54,349 nucleotides of DNA from Trichodelitschia bisporula (taxonomy: Eukaryota). The stretch is from assembly GCA_010356995.1 (NCBI GenBank), contig ML996696.1, positions 994,364 to 1,048,712 of the forward strand, written 5' to 3'. The position numbers and the translations under genes are program-made. The notes beneath the pieces were generated by a model that was not told where the DNA came from, did not search any database, and saw nothing but the letters and a program-made list of their open reading frames with translations. Positions 1-14,752 of this stretch are shown here, one piece after another (positions within the stretch are counted from its first letter, which is position 1; every line of letters starts with the position of its first letter).

Positions 1-597
1 GGGATCAAGGTAACGTACCTGGTACACTGGCAGCCCCGGGCTCTCGCGGAACCCCGCCGCGCTACCGATCATCACCACGCTCCGGTCCTCGCCCTCGCTG
101 CGCCCCTCACGCAGATACGCTAGCCCAACACGCACGAAATACATAACGCCCAGGAGATTAACCCTTACCGTCGCATCCGTCGGCAGTTGCTCCACATCCT
201 TAACCCCCAATCCCGTGCCAAACCAATCCCCCCTCTCACCCACGCCAGCCACGGCAACCGCATGATCCACACGGCCGAAGCGCTCGAGCGCGGTGCGGAA
301 GAGCGTTAGGTGGTCCGCGTAGTTCGTGACGTCGACGGGAACGAAGAGGACTCGGGTGGGGGAGTTGATGGACTGCGTTAGTGCGGTTCCGGCGGCCGAG
401 TCGGAGTCGCCGAATACGACGCGCGCGCCGGAGCTGGCGAGGTGCCGGACGGTTGCGGCGCCGATGCCGTTGGCGCCGCCTGCGGGGTTAGTAGGGCGTG
501 TGGGGGGGGGTATTGGGAGGGGGTTACCGGAGATGACGATAACTTTGTTGGTGAGGGCGTGAAAGGTTGATGGGGAGGGGTTGTAGACGTTTGACAT
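1..597 (-). CDS. Short-chain dehydrogenase/reductase (SDR), 3' end outside window
   Basis: Not in the ORF track. Manual translation from ATG 597 gives MSNVYNPSPSTFHALTNKVIVIS-GGANGIGAATVRHL across intron 480-527, a GxxxGIG Rossmann motif. Later come VDVT, FGRVDHAVAVAG, VNLLG and IGSAAG..PVY, followed by another GTACGT donor near position 18. Confidence 0.88.
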   Translation of the reverse strand, partial: MSNVYNPSPSTFHALTNKVIVISGNPLPIPPPTRPTNPAGGANGIGAATVRHLASSGARVVFGDSDSAAGTALTQSINSPTRVLFVPVDVTNYADHLTLFRTALERFGRVDHAVAVAGVGERGDWFGTGLGVKDVEQLPTDATVRVNLLGVMYFVRVGLAYLREGRSEGEDRSVVMIGSAAGFRESPGLPVYQVRYLDP

Positions 598-1201
598 GAT
601 TGCAATTAGGAGCAGGGAGTTAGGGTTCGAAGTACGGATTATAGCTTAGACGCAGTATGGTGTTTAGAAGGGACTCTTCGATTTAATATAAGTATTTACC
701 TACATATACACCCCGCTTCCCCGCATTCCATTTGGGCGGGTAAGGCGGAAGGCTGAGGATGTGGGGGTCGCATAAGCTTACCCGGCGCACGAGGCCAGCT
801 TTTGCGGGCACCAAAGCTGAGACTGGAAAGCAAAAGGACAATCCGGGGTACTTCAGAGAGAACTTACGACGGAAGACTTTCGGATCGGATTTTTTGAGGC
901 TAAAGTGAGGCCGTTGCTGGGACATCGGCGGAGGCTTGGCGGCTTGAGTATTCAGCCTCGTGGCAAGTCAACGGGCGGGCTCAACCTCAACTACGTCTCA
1001 AGTTCTAGTTCCCGCTCTAAAGATATTTGATCATACAGGGCCCATAAATGCTTGTTGAGTGACGTTGGAAGATTGGTCTAGAGGCGCGAAGTTCATAATT
1101 CAGTCATTGCACTATGCCATCAGGTCCACCTATTCCTACAGTCCCACCGCGCCGCACGTCCTAGCAAGTGTCCGCCATATCCAAGCCCAACTCACAGTCC
1201 C

Positions 1202-2997
<1,796 letters not shown>

Positions 2998-3395
2998 CTA
3001 CCTGCGTGCGCGGATTGCGGGGGATGCGGAGCGTTCGGCTGGAGCGGGTAGGGAAGGGGAACTGGTGGAATCAGCACGCGCAAAAGTACGAGTACACGGT
3101 GGAGGTCTTACGGTAGTAGGGAGTAGCGGATAGAGTTGGAGTTCAGTTAGCGTTGAAAGAGAGCAGAACTACTCCGTACCAAGGCGCAACAAAGGTAGAA
3201 AGGGCTGACGGAGCATGACGGAGGAACTCACTGTCCGTGGCGCATCCCGCATTGTGGCACCGCAAAATGTGGCTGGTGCGTCCGCCTCACATTTTGTGGC
3301 GGGAGAAGCTCGACTGTTGAACCAAAGCTCATATGACATTGTAGCTTCCTCGTACTCCACGCTCCCTCACCACCAACTTTCTCCACCGGCGCCGC

Positions 3396-4832
3396 ATGTC
3401 CAGTATGGCCTTCACATCGTCAAAACAGACTCCTTCCGTCGTGGCGTTGCAGCGCTGGTCATGTATCGACACACCGCTTCCGGAGGTGTCGCAAATCGAG
3501 GAGATCCACATCTACGACTTTGACAACACCCTTTTCCATACGCCTACGCCGAACAGAAAGCTGTGGCATTCTAGCGCCCTGGGAAAGCTCATGGGCGAAA
3601 GCATCTTCGCCAATGGTGGCTGGTGGCATGACCCCAGTGTTCTCGCGTCCACTGGGGAAGGCATCGAGAAGGAGGAGCCACGCGCGTGGGCAGGCTTCTG
3701 GAACGAGACGCTCGTTGAGCTGGTTCAGCTGTCGCGGCAGCAGGGTCACGTCCTGACTGTGCTCCTTACAGGACGCGGTGAGCAGCGCTTTGCGGACCTG
3801 ATCAAGCGGATGGTACGCAGCAAAGGCCTCAAGTTCGACATGATCTGCCTCAAGCGCGCCGACGGCTCAGCACCATATCCCACCACCATGGCATACAAGA
3901 AAAGCCTCATCAAGGAGATCATGCTTACATATCATCACGCGAGGGAAATCCGCATCTACGAAGACCGGCAAAACCACGTTCGAGAGTTTCAGGAGTTCTT
4001 GTCGAAGTTCAATACGAACCCACTGGGCAGGCTCATTGATGGCAAAGTCATTCCTGTTCGTGACCAGGCGAGCACGCTCGACAACGTGACCGAGGTTTGT
4101 GAGGTCCAGCGCATGGTAAATGCTCACAATGTCGCGTACCTCGCAGGCTCTCTGGGTAGCGGTGCCTTCCCATACCAGCTCAAAGCTGCCGTCGACCGCA
4201 CGTGCTACGCACTGCAGCGAGCAGACACCGATAAGTTTCGGCCATTCGTTCCATCTGCAGCCGGAATTGACTTCGCAGCCGATGAAATGTTCATCTGCAT
4301 GGGAGTCGCCCCTTCGCACATACTTAGCACTAGCGGCAAACTTGGCACGGCGGTGCGCTTCCGCGTTGATGCTGTTGGTAACTTGGAAACCCGAATTTGG
4401 GCCGCTCGTGTCATACCCCTTAAGGGCCAGGGGCGTCCGCGCAACATGATTCTCGCAACTGCAACAGGCTCGGGCGCAACCTTTCGCGATATCAACCAAA
4501 TCACAAACTGGCGGCCTGTCCACGGCATCGAGTTTGATGCTACAGTCACGGAGAAGCAGCTCATCGTCATCGAACAGGAGTATCCCCCGGGCCAGGGCGC
4601 TCCCGAGCCCCAGCCCGAGATGATCAACGTCGACTCTCCGGCCCGGTCGCACCCACCGGCACAGCCCAAAGGCAACGGCACGCATGGCGGCCAACCGTAC
4701 CGCGGCGGAAACGGGAATCGTGGCCGTGGTCAGCACCGTCGCGAGCCTACCCGTGGAGGACGCGGCGGCGGGCACCGCGGAGGTGGTGGCGGTCGTCGTG
4801 GTCGCGGTCGCGGCCAGCGAGGTCGGTCCTGA
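3396..4832 (+). CDS. HAD-superfamily 'Swiss Army Knife RNA repair-like' protein (HAD_SAK_1) with RGG tail
   Basis: Single 478-aa ORF with IHIYDFDNTLF (HAD DxDxT), GGWWHD, VLLTGR and IRIYEDR motifs and a C-terminal RG/RGG-rich tail. Confidence 0.85.
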   Translation: MSSMAFTSSKQTPSVVALQRWSCIDTPLPEVSQIEEIHIYDFDNTLFHTPTPNRKLWHSSALGKLMGESIFANGGWWHDPSVLASTGEGIEKEEPRAWAGFWNETLVELVQLSRQQGHVLTVLLTGRGEQRFADLIKRMVRSKGLKFDMICLKRADGSAPYPTTMAYKKSLIKEIMLTYHHAREIRIYEDRQNHVREFQEFLSKFNTNPLGRLIDGKVIPVRDQASTLDNVTEVCEVQRMVNAHNVAYLAGSLGSGAFPYQLKAAVDRTCYALQRADTDKFRPFVPSAAGIDFAADEMFICMGVAPSHILSTSGKLGTAVRFRVDAVGNLETRIWAARVIPLKGQGRPRNMILATATGSGATFRDINQITNWRPVHGIEFDATVTEKQLIVIEQEYPPGQGAPEPQPEMINVDSPARSHPPAQPKGNGTHGGQPYRGGNGNRGRGQHRREPTRGGRGGGHRGGGGGRRGRGRGQRGRS

Positions 4833-5348
4833 CTCTCATCGTCTTTTATATCACCTAACTTGGGCAAGGGTACACTGACTACGACGCCGGTGGCCACGGT
4901 CCGCGCTATCAAGGCGCACAAGATCTAACATATTGATTTCATCCTGATCCTTAGTGGAAAGGTGGGCATTGGGGGCGTTCGGTGGCATTTCTCAATCCAG
5001 ACGGCAGTATACCCAGTTCTATCTTAGCAGCATCTGCCGGAGTTAAGGCGGTAGAAAAAAGTCTTGGGGCTATCGTCCAAGGTACATTTGTGTGCAACAG
5101 TGCTGTCGTCTGTAATCGTGAAATTGTTTGCCGCGCGGCCCACCACTCCCGCCTCCCGAGTAGTAAGCGCGACGGGGCCGCCTGCCAAGACCGTACCCCG
5201 GGCGCATTGCACTGGTCGAGCTTCATATCCGCTTCGCGATCCTCCATTCCATCTACCACTATTCTTCTCCACTCGATCTCCAAGTTGGTGAGGTGCGAGC
5301 CTCGGCGATGTTTGGGATTTCCGATTAGCACCTTCATTTCCCTCCAGC

Positions 5349-7016
5349 ATGGCTGACACGGTGTCGGTGACCCCCCGGGCCGGGTCGCTGGCCTCGCCGA
5401 AGGTTAGCAAGACCAAGGCTCCCGCTGCGCAGGGCAACATTGCCAATGTGGCCTATGGCTGCGGTAAGTAGTGTGACTGCTTTGTTGTATGGTGCTAACA
5501 AGTCAGAACATATCCAGGCCTTCAAGCAATCCGGCGACAAGAGCTGGAAGACCTTCACCCAGCAGTACACTCAGATTGTCACGACGCTCCGGGAGAAGCC
5601 CAAGCTCATAGCGCAGACCTGCAAGGCCGCTCGGACGGATACATTCACCTCGCTGCGTCCTACATATCTCTGTGTCCAGTGCCCTGGGGTCTTCGCCAAA
5701 GACTCTATCCACGGGCACTGGAGCAGCCCGAAACAACACTCGTTCTTTGTCGAGTCGAGGTCCGGCCACCTCTTTTGCCACAACTGCGAGGACTTCGTCT
5801 ATGACCCACAACTGGAGGGCATTCGTCTGCAGAGATCGGCTCGCAAGCGTAAATTCGACGATGTCCTCAATCACACGGCTGAGGATGCACGTGCTGTCGC
5901 CATAAACTCCACCTACGTGCCGTGCCGTGCAATCGGCCTGCGTGGTCTTTATAACATGGGGAACACGTGCTTCATGAGCGTTGTCGTGCAGAGCCTGCTT
6001 CATAATCCGCTCGTTCGGGCCTTTTACCTGTCAGAGGGTCACCGCTCGGCTGAGTGTAAGGTCGAGCACTGCACAAGCTGCGCCCTTGATGAGATATTCA
6101 CCGAATTCCACTCTGTGGAGAAGACAGAGGGCTATGGTGCGGTGCCAATGCTGCTAAATAGCTGGAAGAGCGCAGAAGTAAGTTGCCACTTCACTACTCT
6201 CATACTATACTAATCGAGCAGCATCTGGCCGGCTACCAGCAGCAGGATGCCCATGAGTACATGCAGTTCATCCTGAACTCACTGCATACGACCAACAATG
6301 GCACCTCCGGTACCGACTGCAGCTGTGCCATCCACAACATCTTCTATGGCAAGTTACAGTCTACTGTCACATGCGATGAGTGCAAGAACAAGACCCACAC
6401 TGTTGAGGACTTTATGGATCTCTCCTTAGACTTGCGGATGCAGGCCAAGAAACGGAAGCTCAATGGCGAAGTGAAGCCCAAACCGGAGCAAGAAGCGATG
6501 CAGTTGAGCGAATGTCTTCAACGTTACACGAGCGAGGAAAATCTAGCCGCCGCTGAGTACACTTGCCAAAAATGTCAGAAGCAGCGCGACGCCACCAAGC
6601 AGCTAAGTATCAAGCGCCTTCCGCCTGTTGTTTCCATTCATCTCAAGGTATGTTTTCCCGTAAACTTAAGCGAAGGGGAAATTGACCGTCAGCGCTTTTC
6701 CCATCTCAAGGAGAAATCGGCCAAGTTGGACACGCCTGTCCATTTCCCCCTAATGCTGGATATGGCTCTGTACTCGACACGCAACATTGTGCAGCCTAAG
6801 AAATCCCGGACAGAAGCGCCCCGCTCGCCTGTGTACTACGAGCTGTCGGCTGTTATCGTGCACAAGGGCGAAATCAACTCCGGCCACTATGTTAGCTTTG
6901 CGAGAGAGGGCCGCAACTGGTTCCTGTTCGACGACAGTAAGGTCGTGCTGGTCAACGAAGCCGAGGTGCTCGCTGCTCAGGCTTATCTGCTCCTTTACGT
7001 TACCGATGCTGTTTAG
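5349..7016 (+). CDS. UBP8: Ubiquitin C-terminal hydrolase of the SAGA DUB module (Ubp8/USP22)
   Basis: ZnF-UBP (CVQC..H..HSF..CHNC), Cys box GLYNMGNTCFMS, YQQQDAHE and His box VHKGEINSGHY..WFLFDD. Introns 5464-5506, 6178-6221 and 6648-6692. Confidence 0.92.
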
Positions 7017-7310
7017 TGTGGGTTGGCACGGCGTTGGTAGGGCATAAAATGGCGTTCGCATTCATGAGATGGATAGCAAATGACGGATACTTTGGTGTAC
7101 GGTTGACATTATGATGGCCGGCGCATCGATGTTTATCATAGCGGGAGTTTTATGTAGTACCAACGTCCGTTTAATTGCCTAATGCTCAGTTACCCGTGAC
7201 TTGGCGCCTCCGCGCCTCCGCATTGTTTACACCTCCTCTTGGCACATCACAACCCAGCGACAACAAACCCCTCACTACATCCTACGTCAACCACACCTAC
7301 AACAACCACT

Positions 7311-10300
7311 ATGTCGGCCGCCTCTCCCGTTCGACCTTCGCGGCGCGCCGCCGCCGCCCGCCGCCCTGCAATCCACGATTCCGATAGCGACGACGAGAAT
7401 CAGAACCTCAGTGAGCCCGAGGAGGAGGAATACACACCCGCACCCGCGCGCAGCACACGGCGACGCACCACAGCTGCCGATGTAGCGACACCAAAGACAG
7501 CAACTCGCACGCGCAAGCCTCGGGCCAGTGCTGCACCCAGCGTCGAACCCTCACAGATGTTCGATCCCGAACAGAGCGCCCTCGGCGAGCCTATATCGCC
7601 GTCAAAACGCGCGCGTAAGCCTCGTGCCAGTGCTGCGGTGAAACCTGCCGCGCGTGGGAAGAGTCGTGCGACTATGCCACCTACGCCGCAGCCGACGGTT
7701 TCGCCGGAGCCGGGGGATGAGATGGAGGGCGTGGAGTACAGCCAAGATGCCAGTCGGCTCGAAGTCAAGCATGAGGCGACGCCGCTGGGGGACATCACAG
7801 AGACTGCGGTCAATGAGGTGGAGCGGAGGGCCCCGGTCGGCAAGATCGATGCCAATATCACCATGCTGGAGCGGCCGATGGACATTGTCGTGCGGACGCG
7901 CGCTGCCGGAATTCCTACTGTGCAGCAGTCGGCGGCGGCTGGGCCGCAAAGCCGGATCGTCATCACGTACCTGACGTTGACCAACTTCAAGAGCTACGCC
8001 GGCAAGCAGGTCGTTGGCCCTTTCCACTCATCGTTTTCGTCGGTGGTCGGACCGAACGGCTCGGGCAAGTCCAATGTCATCGACTCGTTGCTGTTTGTGT
8101 TCGGTTTCCGCGCGAGCAAGATGCGGCAGGGCAAAATCTCGGCGCTGATTCACAGCTCGTCTGCCTTTCCGGACCTCGACTACTGCGAGGTGGAGGTGCA
8201 GTTCCAGGAAGTTCGCGACTTGCCGGACGGGACGGCTGAAGTGGTGCCCAACTCGCAGCTTGCCATCTCGCGGCGTGCGTTCAAGAACAATTCGAGCAGC
8301 TACTACATCAACGGCAAGACGTCCAACTTCACCGTCGTGACGACGCTTCTCCGGGATCGTGGTGTCGACTTGGACCACAAGCGCTTTCTTATTCTTCAGG
8401 GCGAGGTCGAGTCGATTGCTCAAATGAAGCCCAAGGCTGGCAACGAACACGAGGACGGGCTTTTGGAGTACCTCGAGGACATCATTGGCACATCAAAGTA
8501 CAAGACCCCAATCGAGGAGTCGGTAGCACAGGTTGAGGAGCTTAACGATGTGTGCGCCGAGAAAAACTCCCGGGTGCAGCATGTGGAGAAGGAACGCAAC
8601 AGTCTCGAGGACAAGAAGAACAAGGCGTTGGCCTACATTCGCGCTGAAAATGAGTTGGCGCTCAAGAAGGCTTCGTTGTACCAGATCTACACTGAAGCAT
8701 GCAACAATACTTTAGAAGTCTCACAGGAATCGGCCGCAAAGATCCAGGCCGAACTCGAGGAGGAAGTCCAAAAGCATGAGGGCAATGAAGAAGAAATCAA
8801 GCGCCTGGAGAAAGAGTACAAGACTGGGTCCAAGCAGTACGAGAAGCTCGAGGCCCAAAACCAAACTGTGCTCAAGGAGGCTGCCAAGCTGGAAAAGGAG
8901 CAGGTCAAGCTTGAGGAGAAGAAGAAGTTTCTCGTCAACAAACAGAAGAAGCTGGAAAAGAGCCTCGAGTCCAGCAAGTTCGCCATCTCCGAGGCCGAGG
9001 TCATGTTCAAGCGCCATACCGATGACATTGCCCGCAACACCACCCAGATTGAGGGCTTTCAGTCTGATGTGACCCGCGAGGAAAAGGAACTGGCATCGAT
9101 TCGCGAGAGCCTTAAGGGCAAGACTCAAGGACTGTCAGATCAAATCACTGCGAAGCAAAAGTCACTGGAGCCGTGGAAAGAGCTACTCAACACTAAGCAG
9201 TCTGCTATCGCCGTGGCCCAGAGTGAGCTTGAGATTTTGCAAGAAAAGGAAAACGCCGGCGCCAATGCCGTGACCGAAATCGAAGCTAAGATTGCGGACA
9301 CCGAAGAGACAAAGCAGACGAAGGCTGCTGAGCTGAGTGAATGTGAGGCTCAGCGCGTCAGTCTTGAGAAGCAACTGCGCCGGGTGCAGGCCGAGCTCGA
9401 CGAGATGGCCAAGCAGGAGCCGGCGTTGCGTTCGAAGCTCTCGGATTCCCGTCAGAAGGCGGACGAGGCGCGATCTAGTCTCTCTGCCAGCCAGACGCAA
9501 GGCAACGTCTTGACAGGGCTTATGCGACTGAAGGAGTCTGGCCGCATCAACGGTTTCCACGGTCGCCTCGGAAATCTGGGAGCTATCGATGCCAAGTACG
9601 ATGTTGCTATTTCGACCGCCTGTCCCCAGCTAGACAATCTCGTCGTGGACTCCGTGGAAGTCGGTCAGCAGTGCATCGACTATCTACGCAAGAACAACCT
9701 TGGCCGTGGAAACTTCATCCTCCTTGACCGCCTCGCTCGAAGAGACCTCAGCCAGATCAAGACACCAGAGAACGTGCCTCGTCTATTCGACCTCGTCAAG
9801 CCGAAGGACGAGATCTTCCAGCCCGCCTTCTTCAGCGTCCTCCAAAACACGCTCGTTGCCAAAGACCTTGGGCAAGCGAACCGCATAGCTTACGGTGCGC
9901 AGCGATGGCGAGTGGTTACGCTCGACGGCCAGCTCATCGACAAGTCTGGTACCATGAGCGGTGGCGGCACGCGTGTGGCCAAGGGCGGCATGTCGTCCAA
10001 ACTCACTGCCGAAGTCTCACGGGAACAGGTGGGCCGGCTGGAAGTCGACCGCGATGCGCTAGAAAAGGAGTTCCAGGAGTTCCAGAAACGACAGCAGGAG
10101 CTGGAGCGCACGCACCGCGAGTTGTCTGGTCAGATTCCACAGCTCGAGACCCAGGCGCAGAAGCTGCAACTGGAGATGGAGAGCTTTGATCGCAATATTG
10201 CTGACGCGAAACGCCGGATCCAGGAGCTCAACGCCGAACAGCGCAGCTCTAAGACTGACAGCGCGCGGATGGGCACCTTGCAAAAGACAATCGCCGGCGT

Positions 10301-11626
10301 GGAGAAAGAGATTGCTAAGCTGCACACCGAAACCGCCGGTGTGGAAGAGGAGATTAAGGCTTTGCAAGACAAGATCATGGAGATTGGCGGTATCAAGCTG
10401 CGAAGCCAGAAAGCCAAGGTCGACGGCCTCAAGGAACAGATTGATACCCTTGCTGATGAAATGTCATCCGCTGAAGTCTCGCGTGCCAAAGCGGAGAAGC
10501 AGAAGACGAAGTTCGAAAAGGCTTACGTTGAGGCTGAGACAGAGATTGAGAACGCCGGCGCAGAGCGGGAAAAGCTGGAGGCTGAGCTTGCGCAGCACAA
10601 TCGGAATGCAGCTGGCACCCGCGAAGCCGCTGAGACGGCGCAGGAGGAGCTCAACGCCAAAAAGGACGAGCTGAAGACTCTCAAGGCCATGCTGGACGAA
10701 AAGACGGCGGAGCTTAACGAAACCCGCGCTGTCGAAATCGAGATGCGCAACCGGCTCGAGGAGAACTTAAAGGTCGTCAACGATGCACAGAAGAAGCTAG
10801 CTCACTGGCAGGAGAAGCTCGGCAAGCTCGGCCTCCAGAACATCACCGAACATGGGGAGGAGCTGAAACCCGAGCCTCTACCAGTGCACAGCAGCGACGA
10901 GTTGGCCGATATGGACCAGCGCGAGCTCAAAGAGGAGATTGAGGAGCTTGAGGTTCAACTGCAGAATGTCAACGTTGAGCTTGGTGTTTTGGCCGAGTAT
11001 CGCCGCCGTGTAGAGGAGTACACCACGCGGAGTGCTGATCTCGCAGTTGCCGTGGCCAGCCGTGATGAGGCAAAGAAGCGGTGCGACGAGCTCCGGCGTT
11101 TACGACTGGAAGGCTTCATGGAGGGCTTCAGCATCATCTCGCTTCGTCTCAAGGAGATGTACCAGATGATCACCATGGGCGGCAATGCGGAGCTCGAGCT
11201 CGTTGACAGTCTTGACCCCTTCTCCGAAGGCATCTTGTTTTCGGTGATGCCTCCCAAGAAGAGTTGGAAGAACATTGGCAACTTGAGCGGTGGTGAGAAG
11301 ACGCTGAGCAGCTTGGCGCTGGTGTTCGCTTTACATCACTACAAGCCGACGCCGCTGTACGTGATGGACGAGATTGACGCGGCGCTTGACTTCAGAAACG
11401 TCTCCATTGTGGCCAGTTACATCAAGGAGCGGACGAAGAACGCACAGTTCATCGTCATCTCTTTGCGCAACAACATGTTTGAGCTGGCCTCGCGTCTTGT
11501 AGGGGTCTACAAGGTCAATCATATGGTGAGTCGCCCGATATACTCTAGAGCTCCCGTGCTAACAGAAGCCAGACGAAGAGTGTGACGATTGAGAACCGGG
11601 ACTATTTGACGGGTGGAGCGGCATGA
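7311..11626 (+). CDS. SMC4: Condensin subunit SMC4 (Cut3)
   Basis: NFKSYAG..GPNGSGKSN Walker A, long coiled coils, hinge GFHGRLGNLG, LSGGEKTLSSLAL signature and YVMDEIDAALD Walker B. One intron at about 11526-11572; last exon TKSVTIENRDYLTGGAA*. Confidence 0.97.
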
Positions 11627-12234
11627 ACTGAAGCGAAATGAACTGGATTCCGGTGTTAGGTGTTTGAAAATTAGCATTGGGGGCAACGAAGGCATGTACT
11701 GGAATAATGACGGTTGGGAATGGATATGATTCGGTCTTGCTATCGTGATATGATTCAGGTGCAACAGAGATGAAATCACGCCACCAAGCGGTACCGACCG
11801 TCGAGAATATTAGCCTGCTTTCCCACTCAACTTCACTTTTGGTTTTCTCAAACATTATCAACTCGCTCGAGCTTACCAATGCCTTCGCCACATGATATCA
11901 GCCACATCCACCATGGTGCCTGGCGTCCCCGCCTTGGAGTGAGACCCGCGGGGCACCAGACAACTCCGGCGCTTCACCCCTCCTCCTCCCCCTCCTCGCC
12001 CCTTCACCCAGCCCCAACGAACCCTCCGCTCACGGGAACCGCAGGATCAAACCTTTCCTCATGGCCCGGTAAACTCACTGCTGGTTATCACTCGGCAAGC
12101 GTATCCTCTGCTCTGACCATCTCATTAAGTTCTGCCTCTTATCATAGCGCAGCCTTGCAATATATTCACCCTCGCTCAGCCTCCTGCTTATACCCCTCGC
12201 TTTTATTTGTATCCAGACACCTTCGCGGTTGAAT

Positions 12235-13111
12235 ATGACGTCCCCCGCTCAGTGTGCCTTCTGCTTCGAGGTGCTTTCTGCCAGCCTCGAGAAACGTGCA
12301 GCACTTTCTCTCTATGTCGTTGAGGATCTATGGGCACAATTCGAAGCCGCCGACGAGGAGGATGTGACGGATGAGCCACACCAGAACCCCGCTCTGGCGG
12401 TCCTCGGTAATCGCCTAGCAGTATCGACACCCTCGACTTCGTCATCCAACAGCGCGTCCGCCGCTTCCAGCACACCCTCAGTCAATACCACCGCCTCGTC
12501 GGCAACGTCTCTGTCTTCACGCTCGCCTCTCGACCGCCTCCGGGGCGAGAAGCGGGAAGAGTTTCCGCTCTTCGTGACATGGGACAAGATCAGTGCGCGC
12601 GGCAAAAGCCTGCGCGGTTGCATCGGCACCTTTGAACCACATGAACTAGACGATGGACTGCGTAGCTACGCGCTGACTTCGTGAGTGATGTCGTCCCGGT
12701 CTACATATGCAGACATCTAACAGCCACAGTGCCCTTGATGATACTCGCTTCAACCCCGTCTCTGCCCGCGAACTGCCCTCTCTCGAGTGCAGCGTCACCC
12801 TTCTCACCGACTTCGAACCTGCGGCCGATGCTATGGACTGGGAGATTGGGAAACATGGCCTTCGCATCTCCTTCACGTACCACGGCCGCCGCTTCGGCGC
12901 AACATACCTGCCCGACGTGGCGAAGGAGCAAGGCTGGACGAAGGAGGAGACTCTGGTCAGCCTGATGCGCAAGGCCGGCTGGGGTGGGCGGAGCAGCGAG
13001 TGGAGCAAGGTCAACCTGCAGGTTATCAGATACCAAGGGCGTAAGGCTTCTCTAGACTACAAGACATGGCGCGAGTGGAGGGACTGGGTGGAGGAGACGG
13101 GGCGCGACTGA
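12235..13111 (+). CDS. AMMECR1-family protein
   Basis: CAFCFEVL, PLFVTW, LRGCIGTF signature, ALDDTRF, WEIGKHGLRI and ATYLPDVA.EQGW. Intron 12681-12729. Confidence 0.93.
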
Positions 13112-13614
13112 TATGGACTGTAGGTAATGAGTGAAATGCGATGGGATATCGGTTGGAAAGGCGTGCATCATAGATTGACTTATTGCGATGCTCTTATTTC
13201 ACGGTATGTAACAGCGTAATACGGTTCGTAGATCTCGAATATCACGAGCATTGTTCCCCTCTGTTATGAGTTGCATAGGAAGGCTGAGAGCAGAGTGTTC
13301 CCGTCACGTTTAGGGGTTTCACAGCGGGTACCCCGCCTAAACTCTGGGGCCTAGCCGCCCCCCCAACCCCCCATAACTTTAGCGGCCGACCCTTTGCGCT
13401 CACCGCAAGCAGCCAAGGCACTGACCAACCAGGGGGGACTCTTGTCCTTTCAACTTTCTCAACAACGCTAGAAAGTGCCCCTCCCCTTCTCCACCGTCGT
13501 CATTGTCCACCACCGTGCAAAGTCGACTCCTCTCCACCCACCCGGCCTTGTTGCCCGCCTTTATCATTTGCCAACTACACAAATTCCCTAGGCATTCTTA
13601 GCACTCTGCTCGCC

Positions 13615-14752
13615 ATGGCCGCTCCCGCCAAACACGAAGTCCAGCTGGACCCAAAGTACGACAACTTCGACCACCCTGTCGTCGCTCCCGCACCGCAGAA
13701 TGGCCACCCGGGCTATACCACGCCCCAGCAAGACGCGCAGCTGTTCCAGTTGCGGTCGATTCTCGAGCAGGAGGGCTACACTGAGCGGCTCGACACTCTG
13801 ACGCTGCTTCGCTTCCTGCGGGCGCGCAAGTTCGACGTTCAGCTGGCCAAGAAGATGTAATAGAAGCCTGCCGTGTATGCACCTACTCACAGGTATAGGT
13901 TCGTCGAGTGCGAAAAGTGGCGGAAGGAGTTTGGTGGTGGCGTGGACGATCTCGTCCGGACATTCGAGTACCCTGAGAAGGAGAAGATCTTTGCATACTA
14001 CCCACAGTACTACCACAAGACGGACAAGGTGCGCAAGAGTTCATGCTGCTGCGGGCAAAAAGCTAACGTCATAGGACGGGCGCCCCATCTACATCGAGCA
14101 CCTGGGCAAGATTGACCTCGCCGCCATGAACAAGATCACGACGGACGAGAGAATGCTGCAGAACCTGGTGTGCGAGTACGAGAAGCTGGCGGACCCGCGT
14201 CTGCCGGCGTGCTCGCGTAAGGTTGGCTCGCTGCTCGAGACGTGCTGCACCATCATGGACGCAAAGGGCGTGAGCATCGGCTCTGTGCCGTCGGTGTACG
14301 GCTACCTCCAGCGCGCGTCCGCCATCTCGCAGAACTACTACCCCGAGCGGCTCGGTAAGATGTACCTCATTAATGCGCCGTGGGGCTTCTCGACCGTCTT
14401 CAGCGTCATCAAGCGCTTCCTCGACCCCGTCACCGTGGCCAAGATCCACGTGCTAGGCAGCGGCTACGAGAAGGAGCTGCTCGCCCAGGTGCCCAAGGAG
14501 AATCTGCCGAAGTCGCTTGGTGGATCTTGCGAATGTGCCGGCGGGTGCATGTTCAGCGACCAGGGCCCGTGGCAGGAGGAGCAGTGGGCCCGGCCGCCGA
14601 AGTGGGCGAGCAAGCCAGCAGCGAAGACGGACGCGCAGACCGATGTGCCGGCTGTGGGCGTTTCGGAGGGAGTGCTCCAGAACATCGACGTAAAGGATGC
14701 GGTTCCTGCTCCCACGGATGTGGCTGCGGCGCCCGCGGGTGCGACGGTTTAG
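13615..14752 (+). CDS. SEC14: Sec14 cytosolic factor (PI/PC transfer protein)
   Basis: [51 protein letters not shown] and [22 protein letters not shown]. Introns 13857-13898 and about 14029-14074. Confidence 0.95.

Noticed and set aside
4830..4928. Possible stop-codon read-through of HAD_SAK giving a C-terminal ..AHKI (PTS1-like)
   Set aside because: The context is TGA-CTC rather than the TGA-CTA read-through motif, and HKI is not a canonical PTS1.
7400..11522. Many 60-200-aa minus-strand ORFs inside SMC4, and similar ones in CWH43, APC1 and the MFS genes
   Set aside because: These are expected antisense or alternate-frame ORFs in high-GC coding DNA, with no recognisable motifs.
13888..13898. 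Tandem acceptor in SEC14 intron 1 (CAG versus TAG, +2 aa) and possible stwintrons in the longer introns
   Set aside because: The proximal AG abuts the branch point and is unlikely to be used. No nested donor/branch/acceptor sets could be built in the longer introns.
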